DNA from: a virus
Taxonomy: Duplodnaviria; Heunggongvirae; Uroviricota; Caudoviricetes
Length of the DNA stretch: 43,551 nucleotides
Strand: one strand, 5' to 3'
Virus record (IMG/VR): IMGVR_UViG_2718217869_000004
Positions 19,237 to 29,460 of the stretch are shown piece after piece. The notes under the pieces were generated by a model. The model made no database searches. It saw only the letters and a list, made by a program, of their open reading frames with translations, and was not told where the DNA came from. The translations under genes and the position numbers were made by a program. Each line of letters opens with the position of its first letter. Within the stretch, counting starts at the first letter, position 1.

Positions 19237-19797
19237 TCAGGAAGGAAGGGTTATTTCGGTGTGATGTTCGATATCGCCGTCAGGCCCGTTACCGGGCTCG
19301 AGATAATCAACATCAATCGCCAGCGTTTGCAGTTCATCCAGACTGTTCAGATCATCCTGCTGGCGGGTATCGTCTTCGGTCAGCTCGCTGATGATCGAAA
19401 AATCGAACTGATAAATCAGCTCATGACGATTCAGATCCAGCAGCGTGCCGCCGTCATAGGTAATCGGGTTACCGCACGCTTCCGGGTTCCAGCCCAGCAG
19501 AGCCTTAAAGAGCATCTGCCGGACATCGTCCACCACATCATACGAGGCAAACTGACCGCGCTCATCACGCCCGTTACTCAGTATGACAACCACGGAGAAG
19601 CCCTCTTTCAGCTCCTGCCAGTAGTCGGTCTGGCTTTTGTTTTCTCCCGGAGAGTCATCACCCGGTACCACATACGCCGCCGGGAGTCTCAGCTTTCCGA
19701 CCTCCGGCAGATTTTTGAACTGTGCCGCGCCTGCCACCCGGTTTTCAAAATACGGGCAGCGGGCACGCAGCGCAGCAATAACAGGCGTCAGTTTCAT
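19237..19797 (-). CDS. Mu gp37-like virion/tail protein
   Basis: 186-aa ORF upstream of the sheath; synteny with Mu-like tail modules. Confidence 0.65.
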   Translation of the reverse strand: MKLTPVIAALRARCPYFENRVAGAAQFKNLPEVGKLRLPAAYVVPGDDSPGENKSQTDYWQELKEGFSVVVILSNGRDERGQFASYDVVDDVRQMLFKALLGWNPEACGNPITYDGGTLLDLNRHELIYQFDFSIISELTEDDTRQQDDLNSLDELQTLAIDVDYLEPGNGPDGDIEHHTEITLPS

Positions 19798-20300
19798 CTG
19801 CGTCGTCGCTCCGGCTTCAGTGATTTACGTAATTCCCGCGCCAGAAAATAGCGTGTCCAGCTGCGGTTCTTTTCAAGAGTTTCCACCATAAAGTTATTAC
19901 GTGGAGCCAGCCGCCAGCCGCTGCCACCGGATGCACCACGATGATGACTACGACGACGTTTTGCTCCTCCCCGGACACCAAAAAACAGAAACGCCGGATA
20001 GAAGTCACCAGAGATCATCCGGTTCCCCTTCCCGTTGCGCTGGTTAGGGGCAATGCGTGTCATAAAACCGGCTCGCTTTTTACTGGCTCCCGGCACCATG
20101 TAACCAATCGAACGAGCCAGGCGTCCGGTCTGATAACCGGGGTTTTCACCCGGTGCCGACCGCGCACGGCGCATCACCAGCCGACGAGCATCACGCATAT
20201 GACGCTGCCCAATCGTGACAAACGCCCGCCGGACACGGGCGCGGTTAAAGCGCATCTCCGCGGGCTGCTGAACATCAACGTGAAAAAAGGGAGTCGCCAT
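19794..20300 (-). CDS. HK97 gp10-like tail-completion / virion morphogenesis protein
   Basis: ORF starting MATPFFHVDVQQ... (internal Met of the 191-aa ORF); position after the head-tail adaptor. Confidence 0.6.
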   Translation of the reverse strand: MATPFFHVDVQQPAEMRFNRARVRRAFVTIGQRHMRDARRLVMRRARSAPGENPGYQTGRLARSIGYMVPGASKKRAGFMTRIAPNQRNGKGNRMISGDFYPAFLFFGVRGGAKRRRSHHRGASGGSGWRLAPRNNFMVETLEKNRSWTRYFLARELRKSLKPERRRR

Positions 20301-20685
20301 TGCTGCCTCCGTGACTCTGCGTAAATTCGCCCAGCTCCGTACACTCCAGCAGCAGAAAGCGCCGCGCACCGTTCAGATCGCGCTGACGTTTCACCCGGTA
20401 CACACTGTCACCGCAGACCACCTCATAATCAGCGGTGATCCCCCGGCGGTAGCGAATGGTGATGTAATGGGTGATGGCGTCTCCGGTCTGCGCGGTTTCC
20501 TGCCAGGTGGTGGCACTGGTCTGGACAACCTTCGCCCATGCCCGGAACGCAACCGGGTATTGAGGCTCCACGCCAAAGTTATCCGCGGGCATATCCACCC
20601 GCTGGCGGATCAGGACGCGTTTATTCAGTTCGCCGGGGTCCGGCAGAATGTAGGTTGCGCTGGTCTGCGCCTGACGAATTTTCAT
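20275..20685 (-). CDS. Head-tail adaptor / head closure protein
   Basis: 136-aa ORF in the head-tail joining block. Confidence 0.65.
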   Translation of the reverse strand: MKIRQAQTSATYILPDPGELNKRVLIRQRVDMPADNFGVEPQYPVAFRAWAKVVQTSATTWQETAQTGDAITHYITIRYRRGITADYEVVCGDSVYRVKRQRDLNGARRFLLLECTELGEFTQSHGGSNGDSLFSR

Positions 20686-21005
20686 TGCGGAAAGTACCTG
20701 TACGGGCCAACAAGCCAGCCAAAACTCTGCGGCATGTCGAGTTTCTCCACTTCCGTAACCGACGAGCGGTTTTCGTAAAAATGGCTGATAAGCATCAGCA
20801 TCCCCAGACGAATATCATCCGGCAGGTGTAGTCCGTCCGGGTCGCTGTCCGGAATGGTTTCATCCGGTGCATAGAGCTTCCGGTTCAGATACGTTTCCGT
20901 CCGCTTTTGCGCCGCACAGGCCAGCAGTTGCAGATGGCGGTCATCAGCATCGAAATCCTCATCCAGCCGGAGTTGGGCTTTAATCTCTTCCATTGTCAGA
21001 AGCAT
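20682..21005 (-). CDS. Head-tail connector protein (gp6-like)
   Basis: 107-aa ORF MLLTMEEIKAQLRLDEDFDADDRHLQLL...; position after the capsid gene. Confidence 0.65.
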   Translation of the reverse strand: MLLTMEEIKAQLRLDEDFDADDRHLQLLACAAQKRTETYLNRKLYAPDETIPDSDPDGLHLPDDIRLGMLMLISHFYENRSSVTEVEKLDMPQSFGWLVGPYRYFPQ

Positions 21006-21007
21006 AC

Positions 21008-21208
21008 TCAGCCCTCTTTACTGGTCGTGGCTTTTTTCTCTTTTGTCGCTTTACTGCTTTTTGCACTGGTTCCGCGCTCTGCTAACCCGGCCTGAAGTGC
21101 AATCTCCTGCACCCGGGCAGGAAGCGCCCCGTCGTCATACTCACCGGCCCGAATGACCTCAACACGCATACCGTCCGGTGACCATTTCAGATCTTGTTTC
21201 AGGATCAT
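21008..21208 (-). CDS. Small hypothetical phage protein (66 aa) with Lys-rich tail
   Basis: ORF between capsid and connector genes. Confidence 0.45.
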   Translation of the reverse strand: MILKQDLKWSPDGMRVEVIRAGEYDDGALPARVQEIALQAGLAERGTSAKSSKATKEKKATTSKEG

Positions 21209-21256
21209 GATTCTTCACCCTTCAGAACAGGGGCGCGGTTCAGCGCCCCTGAGTGA

Positions 21257-22462
21257 TTACGCCGCTGCAATCTTCAGCAGTTTGATGGCCTGCGAATCGA
21301 CCAGCATCCCGCCGGTGCGCTTGGTGGTATAAAAACCGACAAACGGTTTATTGGTGTACGGGTCGCGCAGAATGCGGGTGCCGATACGGTCAACGATGGT
21401 GTAACCCCGTTTGAAGTTACCAAATGCAATGGCTTTCGCATCAGCGGCGATATCCGGCATCTGTTCGTTTTCAGCGATACCGTAACCCGCCAGAGAGGAC
21501 GGCTGCCCCAGTTCCAGCCCCGGACGCCACAGATAGTTACCCTCGGTGTCTTTCAGCAAACGGATGGCAAACAGGCTGTTGTTGTTCATCATGAACTTCG
21601 CGCCGGTGCGGTGTGCCTTTCGCAGCGTGTAAATCAGTTTGATAATGGCGTCTGCGGTCACCCCCGTCGCTTCGCCGGATACAATATGCTGAAGTTTGCC
21701 GAACGCCCGGACCTTATCGGTTTCATCGGTGGATTCATACGCCAGGAACCCTTTCGGCTTCTTGGTACCATCGCCTGAGGTAAAGGCAATTTCTTCCTGT
21801 TCGGCAAATTCGGTTGCCAGCTCGCTGTTGATCCAGGCCTCCACGTTGAAGAAGGCATCGTCCAGCATTTTCTGGGTAGCCTGCGGGTTGCCGTAGATTT
21901 CCCCCATGAGAGGTTCAATCAGCTCCAGTCTGGAGGTGGCAGTCTGGGATCGCGTATCCGTTTCCCCCACCCATCCGGAAGCCGTACCGCCCAGATTCAC
22001 CAGTTTTTTGTAGTCGGAACCGCCAACGGTGATCACCGTGGCTTCCTGACGCATCACCACTTCATCTTTCAGCAGGTTAAGAATGTTGCGATCCAGTTCT
22101 TCCGGCACGGCGTAGCCACCGTCTTCATCGGTGCCCACCTGCAATGCCTTACGCTCCAGATCGCGCAGACCGTCTTCACGGCCTTTACGCAGGAAGCCCA
22201 CAAACGCCTCTTTATGCTCGGTGGCCAGTTTATTTTGCGCTCCACCTGCCGGACGTTTCAGCTCAAGCAGCTCTTTTTCAAGATCGCTTTTGAGGTTTTC
22301 CAGCTCGCTGAGTTTCCCGTTCAGGGTTTCCACCTGCCCGGCAAGTTTGCCTTTTTCCTGCTCAATCGCATCCACGCGCTTGTCGTTCTTTGCTTTGAAG
22401 TCGTCAAACTTCTGCTGCAGCTCCTGCGCGACCTGTTCGACATCTTTAATATCAACCGCCAT
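21257..22462 (-). CDS. Major capsid protein (HK97 fold) with N-terminal coiled-coil scaffolding (delta) domain
   Basis: 401 aa; N-terminal heptad-rich region then a capsid-like body; follows the prohead protease. Confidence 0.9.
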   Translation of the reverse strand: MAVDIKDVEQVAQELQQKFDDFKAKNDKRVDAIEQEKGKLAGQVETLNGKLSELENLKSDLEKELLELKRPAGGAQNKLATEHKEAFVGFLRKGREDGLRDLERKALQVGTDEDGGYAVPEELDRNILNLLKDEVVMRQEATVITVGGSDYKKLVNLGGTASGWVGETDTRSQTATSRLELIEPLMGEIYGNPQATQKMLDDAFFNVEAWINSELATEFAEQEEIAFTSGDGTKKPKGFLAYESTDETDKVRAFGKLQHIVSGEATGVTADAIIKLIYTLRKAHRTGAKFMMNNNSLFAIRLLKDTEGNYLWRPGLELGQPSSLAGYGIAENEQMPDIAADAKAIAFGNFKRGYTIVDRIGTRILRDPYTNKPFVGFYTTKRTGGMLVDSQAIKLLKIAAA

Positions 22463-22476
22463 CGTATTTCTCCTGA

Positions 22477-23127
22477 TTAGAAGTTCAGATTTTTCAGTGC
22501 ATTCAGTGCAGAGCCCACATCCTCAGCGTCGCGCAGGGACAGTGCGCCATAGCCCCCGGCCATGAATGCTTTGGCCTGGGTACGGGAGAGTCCGACATCA
22601 CGCAGGACTCTTTCGATTTTTTTCTGTTCGGGGATTTCCCCGCGGGCCAGTGCGTTCTTGACGTCGCTGATCCGCGCCTCGTCGTTAGACGGGAACGTCA
22701 CCAGGCTGACTTCCCAGAGGTCGATTTCTTTCAGCAGAAAGGCTTCTTTGCTCCGGTCGTATTCCCAGTCTTTCAGGACGTACCCAATAGAAAGGCCGGT
22801 TAACGAACCGGCCTTCATGTGTGCATGTGCGCGTTTTGCGAGGGGATCATCATCAATAAGCAACCGTCCCCTGACGTAAAGCCCGACATCGTCTTCCTTC
22901 ATTTCGGTGTAAACACCGATGGGTTCATCCATGCGGTGCTGCCAGAGCAGCGCAGGTAACGCTTTTCTGTCACTCCACGCCCGCAGGGAAGCAGCAAATG
23001 CCCCGGACATCACCACATCATCGTGGCTGTCCTTTACACCAAAGACGGAGCCATACCCTTCAAACTCACCGGAGTCACTGACAGATTTCAGACTCAGCGG
23101 TACATCAAGACGTTGTTTCGTCTGCAT
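22477..23127 (-). CDS. Prohead protease (HK97 family)
   Basis: Start chosen at internal Met with AAGGA RBS; located between portal and capsid genes. Confidence 0.8.
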   Translation of the reverse strand: MQTKQRLDVPLSLKSVSDSGEFEGYGSVFGVKDSHDDVVMSGAFAASLRAWSDRKALPALLWQHRMDEPIGVYTEMKEDDVGLYVRGRLLIDDDPLAKRAHAHMKAGSLTGLSIGYVLKDWEYDRSKEAFLLKEIDLWEVSLVTFPSNDEARISDVKNALARGEIPEQKKIERVLRDVGLSRTQAKAFMAGGYGALSLRDAEDVGSALNALKNLNF

Positions 23128-24346
23128 TGGCGTTATCCTTCTGCTTACCGGCTTTACTGCCATCGGAGGGTTTCGTGGTCATGTTCATCGGTGTGAGATA
23201 GACATCACCACCGGGACGCGGATTCATATCTTCCAGGTCGCGGCAGTCATTGGGAGAGTAAATTCCCCAGTTGATCCCGGTGGCGTAGGCTTCAAAACGG
23301 GACTTCATATCCCCGCGCAGTAACGCCCCGGCGTTAAATTTGGCGTAATAAACGCCCTGCTTACTTTTTCGTACCAGTCCGGTGTTGATCCGCTGTTCGA
23401 TGCGGGTCAGATACGGCACCAGTGAATAGTTGATAAATCCGAGCCCCAGTTCTTCGATATTGTTGAAGGTGGCGCGATCGGTGTTCTGCACCATGTGCAA
23501 CGGTACCCGGAACAGACGACAGATTTCTTCAAGCTGAAACTTGCGGGTTTCCAGGAACTGGCTGTCCTCGGCGTTCAGCGCCATCGACTTCCAGTCCAGC
23601 CCCATCTCAAGGATCATCGGGCGGTGAGCATTGCCAAGCCCGGTGTGACGCTCCTCAAAATCTTTCTTCAGGCGCTCATAAGCCTGATCTGACAGCGTCT
23701 GCTCTGTACGCAACACACCCGACGTCACCGCACCATTGCTGAACAGTCTGGCCCCGTGCTCTTCAGTCGCTGCCGCCAGCGATATTGCCTCGCGGGCATA
23801 GGCGATGGGATTCAGCCCCACCAGTCCGTCCAGCGTCAGCGTGCGCACATGCCAGATATCCTCCTGGCTCAGCACATCCGTGGAGCCGTCCGGGAATGTG
23901 ACCTGATAGACCGGCTCCCAGCTACTGTTAAGCTTCGGTACCACACAGCCGGGATCGACGGGCAGCAGTTCAGCCACTTCGCCAAATGCTTTCACTTTGT
24001 AGGCGTAAAAGTTTCCCCTCAGGCACAGACAGGTGACCACCAGCTCCCAGAACTCCTGCGGCGTCATATAGCCATTGGGATGCGTGGAGATCAGCTTATG
24101 CAGACGTTCGCCGGTGGCTCTCTGCTTCAGGCTGCCGTTCAGGTGATACAGATTGCAGGGCAACATCCCGACCGACTCTGCCAGCACTCTGACGCAGGAA
24201 AAAACCGCCGTCAGTCGCATGGCCCGCTGACTGCTGATCTGCTTTCCGGTATAGGTGTCGTAGGACAACCCGATGGCATCCGCCAGCTCTGCTGGCGTGG
24301 TCACCGGTGCGTCACTTTTTCGTTGAAATAATCCCGAAAAGAACAC
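23105..24346 (-). CDS. Portal protein (HK97 family)
   Basis: 413-aa ORF following the terminase large subunit. Confidence 0.9.
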   Translation of the reverse strand: MFFSGLFQRKSDAPVTTPAELADAIGLSYDTYTGKQISSQRAMRLTAVFSCVRVLAESVGMLPCNLYHLNGSLKQRATGERLHKLISTHPNGYMTPQEFWELVVTCLCLRGNFYAYKVKAFGEVAELLPVDPGCVVPKLNSSWEPVYQVTFPDGSTDVLSQEDIWHVRTLTLDGLVGLNPIAYAREAISLAAATEEHGARLFSNGAVTSGVLRTEQTLSDQAYERLKKDFEERHTGLGNAHRPMILEMGLDWKSMALNAEDSQFLETRKFQLEEICRLFRVPLHMVQNTDRATFNNIEELGLGFINYSLVPYLTRIEQRINTGLVRKSKQGVYYAKFNAGALLRGDMKSRFEAYATGINWGIYSPNDCRDLEDMNPRPGGDVYLTPMNMTTKPSDGSKAGKQKDNANADETTS

Positions 24347-24528
24347 TATTTACCTCCGCCGACAGACGGCTGTGTACGGTCGAGATATCGCGCCACCAGC
24401 CACGACCAGAACAGGCACAACGCCCCGGCAACAACAAACCCCGCCGGGGGATAAATCAGCCAGGCACCATACGCCAGCAAAAGCGCCCCCAGCACGCCCA
24501 CCAGAGGCGCGAGAATCAGCATGATCAT
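24346..24528 (-). CDS. Small hydrophobic protein (60 aa)
   Basis: ORF with two predicted transmembrane stretches between terL and portal. Confidence 0.4.
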   Translation of the reverse strand: MIMLILAPLVGVLGALLLAYGAWLIYPPAGFVVAGALCLFWSWLVARYLDRTQPSVGGGK

Positions 24529-24539
24529 AATTACCTCAG

Positions 24540-26273
24540 TTAAAGCGAGCGGATCCCATAGGACTCAATGTGGTCAGACAGCGTGTCTTCTTTCTCGTAC
24601 AGCATGGCTCTGCCAACCGCCATAATCAGCGCAACTGCACCATCGATTTTGTTTTCCGCCTGCTCTTTGACGGGCTTCACCACATCATCGTTACCCGGAA
24701 TGGTTTTGCCGACCACGTTGCCAATACACCAGGTCATGATGGGATTGCCATCATGATGAAAGCGCCCCGATTCAATTGCCGCTTCCAGCTCTTTCATCGG
24801 GTCGGACGTGTTGGTGTAGTTCTGAATGATAGTGATGGGGTTCAGGTCTTCATCAGCAAGGTCATGTGACAACCCGGTCGCCCCGAAGGGGTCGATGGGT
24901 GACTCACTGACCGGACTGATTTTGTTCGCCGCTTTGGCCTCCTCGAGGATGTAGCGATAATCCACCTCCGCACCATCGGTAACGGTCAGAACGCCCATTT
25001 CCACCCATTTCTGAAAGCGTTCGGCTGTCCGGCGATCTTCATTTTTCTCGACGCTGTACACCGTGTCATACGGTACCCAGAAACGCGGGGCCACACTGTA
25101 GTAATGCGTTTTACCGTCAATCTCGCGGGTATAAAGTCGCGCCATGCTGTTCATATCCAGCTTACGCGCCAGGTCAAAGGCCAGAATGCACGGCTGCCCC
25201 TCGAACTGCTCAAGAGTCAGTGATTTATCCTCGCAGCTCTGCCAGCTCACCAGGTTGAAATACGCCGAACGCGCCGACACCCAGATATTGAGGTGTTTTG
25301 TTTTAAAGACGTTTGCCAGACGGGCGTTATTTTTCGCACGCTGCTGCTGACTTAACAAAAATTCGCGATAAACCGACACGCCAATATTCGGGTTAGCTTT
25401 TTCCAGCACCTGCGGGTCGGTCCAGTCATCGCCTTCGTCAACGGTATAGATGATCCCGAACAGTTCATCGTTAGGCACCGAGCCATTGAGCATCTCGATG
25501 ACTTCCCGCCGCTTGTCGTAGCACGGCCCCTCAATGTTGTACCCGGCGGTGGTGATAGCCCACATCAGTGGCTGACGTCGCGCCCCCATCCCGGTAAGCA
25601 TCGTGGTGTAAAGCGCATCGGTGGCGTGCTCGTGATATTCATCCACCACCGCACAGTGGGGTGATGAACCATCACCGGGGTTACCGATCAGCGGTTCAAA
25701 CCGCGCGCCATCCTCCGGACGATTCATGTTTGAGGCGTTAACCTCAATCCCGAACGCTTCCGTCAGCATGGGTGTGCGTTTACACATCAGTCGCGCCGGG
25801 CGAAAGACTTCCCACGCCTGTTTCTCTGTCGTGGCACCGGAATACACTTCCGCGCCAAACTCGTTATCACAGGCAAAACAATACAGGGCAACACCGGCAG
25901 AGATTGCCGATTTGCCGTTCTTACGGGGGATTTCGGTATACACCTCCCGGAAGCGGCGCAGCCGGGACCCTTTATTGACCCAGCCAAACGCACAGCAGAC
26001 CACAAATAGCTGCCACGGCTCCAGCGTGATGGGCATCCTCTTGAATGCCCACTCACCCTTGGTGTGCGGCAACAGCTGAATAAATTTGGCGGCCCGTTCA
26101 GCCAGGTCCTTGTCGAAGCGGTAACGAAACGACTTACTTTTTTCCGCCATCAGGTCATCAAGATGGCGCTGGCAGGCCTGAATCACAAACTGGCAGGCCA
26201 CAATCTTTCCGCGCACAACATCACGGGCATACTGATTGGCAGCATTTACGTTGGGGTAAGATTTCCGGCTCAT
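24540..26273 (-). CDS. Terminase large subunit
   Basis: 577-aa ORF with ATPase and nuclease halves typical of TerL. Confidence 0.9.
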   Translation of the reverse strand: MSRKSYPNVNAANQYARDVVRGKIVACQFVIQACQRHLDDLMAEKSKSFRYRFDKDLAERAAKFIQLLPHTKGEWAFKRMPITLEPWQLFVVCCAFGWVNKGSRLRRFREVYTEIPRKNGKSAISAGVALYCFACDNEFGAEVYSGATTEKQAWEVFRPARLMCKRTPMLTEAFGIEVNASNMNRPEDGARFEPLIGNPGDGSSPHCAVVDEYHEHATDALYTTMLTGMGARRQPLMWAITTAGYNIEGPCYDKRREVIEMLNGSVPNDELFGIIYTVDEGDDWTDPQVLEKANPNIGVSVYREFLLSQQQRAKNNARLANVFKTKHLNIWVSARSAYFNLVSWQSCEDKSLTLEQFEGQPCILAFDLARKLDMNSMARLYTREIDGKTHYYSVAPRFWVPYDTVYSVEKNEDRRTAERFQKWVEMGVLTVTDGAEVDYRYILEEAKAANKISPVSESPIDPFGATGLSHDLADEDLNPITIIQNYTNTSDPMKELEAAIESGRFHHDGNPIMTWCIGNVVGKTIPGNDDVVKPVKEQAENKIDGAVALIMAVGRAMLYEKEDTLSDHIESYGIRSL

Positions 26274-26773
26274 GACTCGATGATTTTCAGAAACGGGTTA
26301 GTGGCTTTCTTCTGCCCCGCCAGGCCAATCAGACGCTGGCGGCTGCTGGGGTCGAGTCCGAGCATTGCCCCCGTGCTGCTCATCTCGGACTCCTGTTCTT
26401 TTTTGGCGGTCAGCTCCGGATTTTTGACCCTGCCGCCCATTGCACCGGTGATGGTGTTGCCCTGTATGGCAATATTTTTCACGGCACGTCGCCAGAACTC
26501 GTAGGCCACGCACCACCGCTCAAGCACCGCGAGGTCAGTCACGCACAGCAGGCCCTGACCGCAGAGTTCTTTGGTTGTCAGTTGCCACATGATCGTGGCG
26601 AGAGGGAGATCTTCTTCAGCGAACCACTCCGGTGGCTCAACACCTTTGATGGGCGTAAAAACAGGTTCATCTTTATTCAGGGCTCGCTTGCCGGGGTTTC
26701 CGGCCAGCGCCTTGCGCGCCGTTGGCTTGGGGCGACGCCCGGAACGCCCCGCCGTTCCAGCCATATGCGGCAC
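26270..26773 (-). CDS. Terminase small subunit (P27-type)
   Basis: 167-aa ORF immediately upstream of terL, overlapping by 4 nt. Confidence 0.8.
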   Translation of the reverse strand: MPHMAGTAGRSGRRPKPTARKALAGNPGKRALNKDEPVFTPIKGVEPPEWFAEEDLPLATIMWQLTTKELCGQGLLCVTDLAVLERWCVAYEFWRRAVKNIAIQGNTITGAMGGRVKNPELTAKKEQESEMSSTGAMLGLDPSSRQRLIGLAGQKKATNPFLKIIES

Positions 26774-26889
26774 TCCTGGTTAAATTTCATTTTTCGCGGG
26801 TATAAAAAAACGATGGGGCGGGCAGTCCGGAAGACGTCAGGTCACAGGGATTTGACCCGCCCCTCCCCTCTGGCAGTGGGAACTGGTTC
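26774..26889. other. Candidate cos / packaging-site region between HNH endonuclease and terS
   Basis: Non-coding gap with GC-rich inverted repeat GGGGCGGG...CCCGCCCC; HNH-cos-terS arrangement as in HK97-like phages. Confidence 0.4.
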
Positions 26890-27240
26890 TTACTTCAGCC
26901 GTTCACGGGCCGTCTTCGCCTTATGACACGGCCAGCACAAACTCTGCAGATTACTGTCGACATCAGTGCCGCCATGCGATTTAGGGTTGATGTGGTCAAC
27001 GGTCTTCGCCTCACGCACCACACCAGCACGCAGACATAACTGACACAGGCCTTTGTCACGCTTGAGCACACGTTCACGGATAACATCCCATTTCGAACCA
27101 TAACCGCGCTGGTGTCGGGACTGGCCCGGCTTGTATTGTTTCCAGCCTTCGCTTTTGTGGCTTTCGCAATAGCCTGACGGGTCAGTCGTGGTATGGCGGC
27201 AGCCGCGAACACGGCAGGCTTTTGGGATTCGTGATGGCAT
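26890..27240 (-). CDS. Phage HNH endonuclease (terminase-associated)
   Basis: CRVRGCRHTT...CESH...DHINPKSHGGTDVDSNLQSLCWPCHKAKT is a canonical HNH/zinc finger; start at MPSRIPKACRVRGC. Confidence 0.85.
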   Translation of the reverse strand: MPSRIPKACRVRGCRHTTTDPSGYCESHKSEGWKQYKPGQSRHQRGYGSKWDVIRERVLKRDKGLCQLCLRAGVVREAKTVDHINPKSHGGTDVDSNLQSLCWPCHKAKTARERLK

Positions 27241-27765
27241 ATGTACTCCAATGAAGAAGCCACCGACATAGCCTCCTCCATTCATCGTGAAACTATTTTC
27301 ATCTACGCAGTCATGAATTCTTTGTAGAGTTGTGATCAATACAACTCACTAATGGAGAGGCTTGTCCAACACGTTGGACAAGTTTCCTGTTTGATTTACT
27401 GGACACTATAGAAGGACAGAATGCCTTCCTCACTCGAATAACATCAATTAAGGAGGTTCAACATGTTTCATTCCACAAATCATCAGGCTGTAATTATGGC
27501 TGCATCAGTTTGTGCCACAGACCTTTTCCGCTTCACTTTGAGCCTGATTCATTTCTACCTGACCGGCTCGCCTCTATCTTTTTAATCCCCGCTTTATCCA
27601 AATTGCATTGCCAGAATGCCGACAACAGACCGACATTCAAATCCTGACTACCTCCAATAGTCTGACCGTACACCTATATAGTTTTAATTTTCATCAATCC
27701 ATTTAACTATCGTTTAATTGTTGTCACATAGGATTCTGCCGTTTTTAACAATGCAGGATAATAAG

Positions 27766-28059
27766 ATGAAAAAAATGTTGTTTTCTGCCGCTCTGGCAAT
27801 GCTTATTACAGGATGTGCTCAACAGACGTTTACTGTTGGAAACAAACCGACAGCAGTAACACCAAAGGAAACCATCACCCATCATTTCTTCGTTTCGGGA
27901 ATTGGACAGGAGAAAACTGTTGATGCAGCCAAAATTTGTGGCGGCGCAGAAAATGTTGTTAAAACAGAAACCCAGCAAACATTCGTAAATGGATTGCTCG
28001 GTTTTATTACTTTAGGCATTTATACTCCGCTGGAAGCGCGTGTGTATTGCTCACAATAA
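27766..28059 (+). CDS. bor: Bor lipoprotein (lambda Bor-like outer-membrane lipoprotein)
   Basis: MKKMLFSAALAMLITGC lipobox, 97 aa, Bor-like sequence; opposite strand next to Rz as in lambda. Confidence 0.9.
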   Translation: MKKMLFSAALAMLITGCAQQTFTVGNKPTAVTPKETITHHFFVSGIGQEKTVDAAKICGGAENVVKTETQQTFVNGLLGFITLGIYTPLEARVYCSQ

Positions 28060-28090
28060 TTGCATGAGTTGCCCATCGATATGGGCAGCT

Positions 28091-28552
28091 CTATCTGCAC
28101 TGCTCATTAATATACTTCTGGGTTCCTTCCAGTTGTTTTTGCATAGTGATCAGCCTCTCTCTGAGGGTGAAATAATCCCGTTCAGCGGTGTCTGCCAGTC
28201 GGGGGGTGGCTGCATTATCCACGCCGGAGGCGGTGGTGGCTTCACGCACTGACTGACAGACTGCTTTGATGTGCAACCGACGACGACCAGCGGCAACATC
28301 ATCACGCAGAGCATCATTTTCAGCTTTCGCATCAGCTAACTCCTTCGTGTATTTTGCATCGAGCGCAGCAACATCACGCTGGCGCACTTGCATGTCAGTA
28401 ATTGTCGAGTTCGCCAGCTTCAGTTCTCTGGCATTTTTGTCGCGCTGGGCTTTGTAGGTAATGGCGTTATCGCGGTAATGATTAACAGCCCATGACAGGC
28501 AGACGATGATGCAGATAACCAGAGCGGAGATAATCGCGGTTACTCTGCTCAT
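28091..28552 (-). CDS. Rz: Spanin, inner-membrane subunit Rz
   Basis: 153 aa with N-terminal TM and coiled-coil; follows endolysin. Confidence 0.9.
   Translation of the reverse strand: MSRVTAIISALVICIIVCLSWAVNHYRDNAITYKAQRDKNARELKLANSTITDMQVRQRDVAALDAKYTKELADAKAENDALRDDVAAGRRRLHIKAVCQSVREATTASGVDNAATPRLADTAERDYFTLRERLITMQKQLEGTQKYINEQCR
28150..28332 (-). CDS. Rz1: Spanin, outer-membrane lipoprotein subunit Rz1 (embedded in Rz in another frame)
   Basis: [20 protein letters not shown] lipobox then Pro-rich [15 protein letters not shown]; embedded in Rz. Confidence 0.85.
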   Translation of the reverse strand: MRKLKMMLCVMMLPLVVVGCTSKQSVSQCVKPPPPPAWIMQPPPDWQTPLNGIISPSERG

Positions 28553-29025
28553 ACCTCAATCTCTCTGACCGTTCCGCCTGCTTCTTTGAATTTTGCAATC
28601 AGGCTGTCAGCCTTATGCTCGAACTGACCATAACCAGCACCCGGCAGTGAAGCCCAGATATTGCTGCAACGGTCAATTGCCTGACGAATATCACCGCGAT
28701 CAATCATCGGTAAAGCGCCACGCTCCTTAATCTGCTGCAATGCCACAGCGTCCTGGCTTTTCGGAGAGAAGTCTTTCAGAGCAAGCTGCTTACGGTAAGC
28801 ATCCCACCAGCGTGAAAGAAGCTGATAACGTCCGGCGGCTGTTGATTTTAGTTTTGGGTTTAGTGTGACAAGTTTGCGAGGATGATCGGAGTAATCAGTA
28901 AATAGCTCTCCGCCTACAATGACGTCATAACCATGATTTCTGGTTTTCTGCCGTCCGTTATCCGTTCCTTCTGACCATGCCACCATATCGAGGAAAGCTT
29001 TACGCTGGGAATTTAGTATCTGCAT
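28549..29025 (-). CDS. R: Endolysin (lambda R-like lytic transglycosylase)
   Basis: 158 aa, ...[33 protein letters not shown]... resembles lambda R. Confidence 0.9.
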   Translation of the reverse strand: MQILNSQRKAFLDMVAWSEGTDNGRQKTRNHGYDVIVGGELFTDYSDHPRKLVTLNPKLKSTAAGRYQLLSRWWDAYRKQLALKDFSPKSQDAVALQQIKERGALPMIDRGDIRQAIDRCSNIWASLPGAGYGQFEHKADSLIAKFKEAGGTVREIEV

Positions 29026-29028
29026 AAA

Positions 29029-29364
29029 TTACTCCTTAGAGCCACTAAACTTATTACCGATTACTCGCATTGCAGCTCCACGAATGGCATCAACACCGAT
29101 CAGCCCAACGCCACCACCAATGGCAACAGAAAGCGATTTAGGCCATCCGACATACTCAAGCGCGGATGCAAAAGTCAGCGTCAGAGCACCACAGAGCAAA
29201 ATCTCGAGCGTTTTTCGCTTCCAGCCACCACCTCCGCCAAAATAGGCGATACGCAAACCAGCCATAACGATCGACATAATCACTGCCCCCAGCGGGGTGT
29301 CTCCACGCCACCAGCTCTGGAACAACTCCAGCCAGTCCGGCCAAGTATTTGGGTTATGAGGCAT
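29029..29364 (-). CDS. Putative holin
   Basis: 111-aa ORF with hydrophobic helices immediately upstream of endolysin. Confidence 0.6.
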   Translation of the reverse strand: MPHNPNTWPDWLELFQSWWRGDTPLGAVIMSIVMAGLRIAYFGGGGGWKRKTLEILLCGALTLTFASALEYVGWPKSLSVAIGGGVGLIGVDAIRGAAMRVIGNKFSGSKE

Positions 29365-29410
29365 TTGTAGTTATCTCTCACCTGCGATTATTTGCGGGTG
29401 CTGTGTTGGA

Positions 29411-29436
29411 AATAAAAAGGCCACCCGAAGGCAGCC
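29411..29436 (-). terminator. Rho-independent terminator after the ATPase moron
   Basis: Minus strand GGCTGCC-TTCG-GGTGGCC hairpin followed by TTTTTATTT. Confidence 0.6.
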
Positions 29437-29460
29437 TGATTTAATTATTCACATTAATCG

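Noticed and set aside
13738-26079. Numerous 60-190-aa ORFs antisense to or out of frame within tail, capsid, portal and terminase genes (for example 13738-14235, 15484-15813, 18031-18298, 19261-19851, 19941-20324, 20311-20778, 22131-22565, 23756-24331, 25726-26079)
   Set aside because: They are fully embedded in long, well-supported structural genes on the opposite strand or in another frame, with Arg/Pro/Ser-rich translations typical of GC-rich antisense noise.
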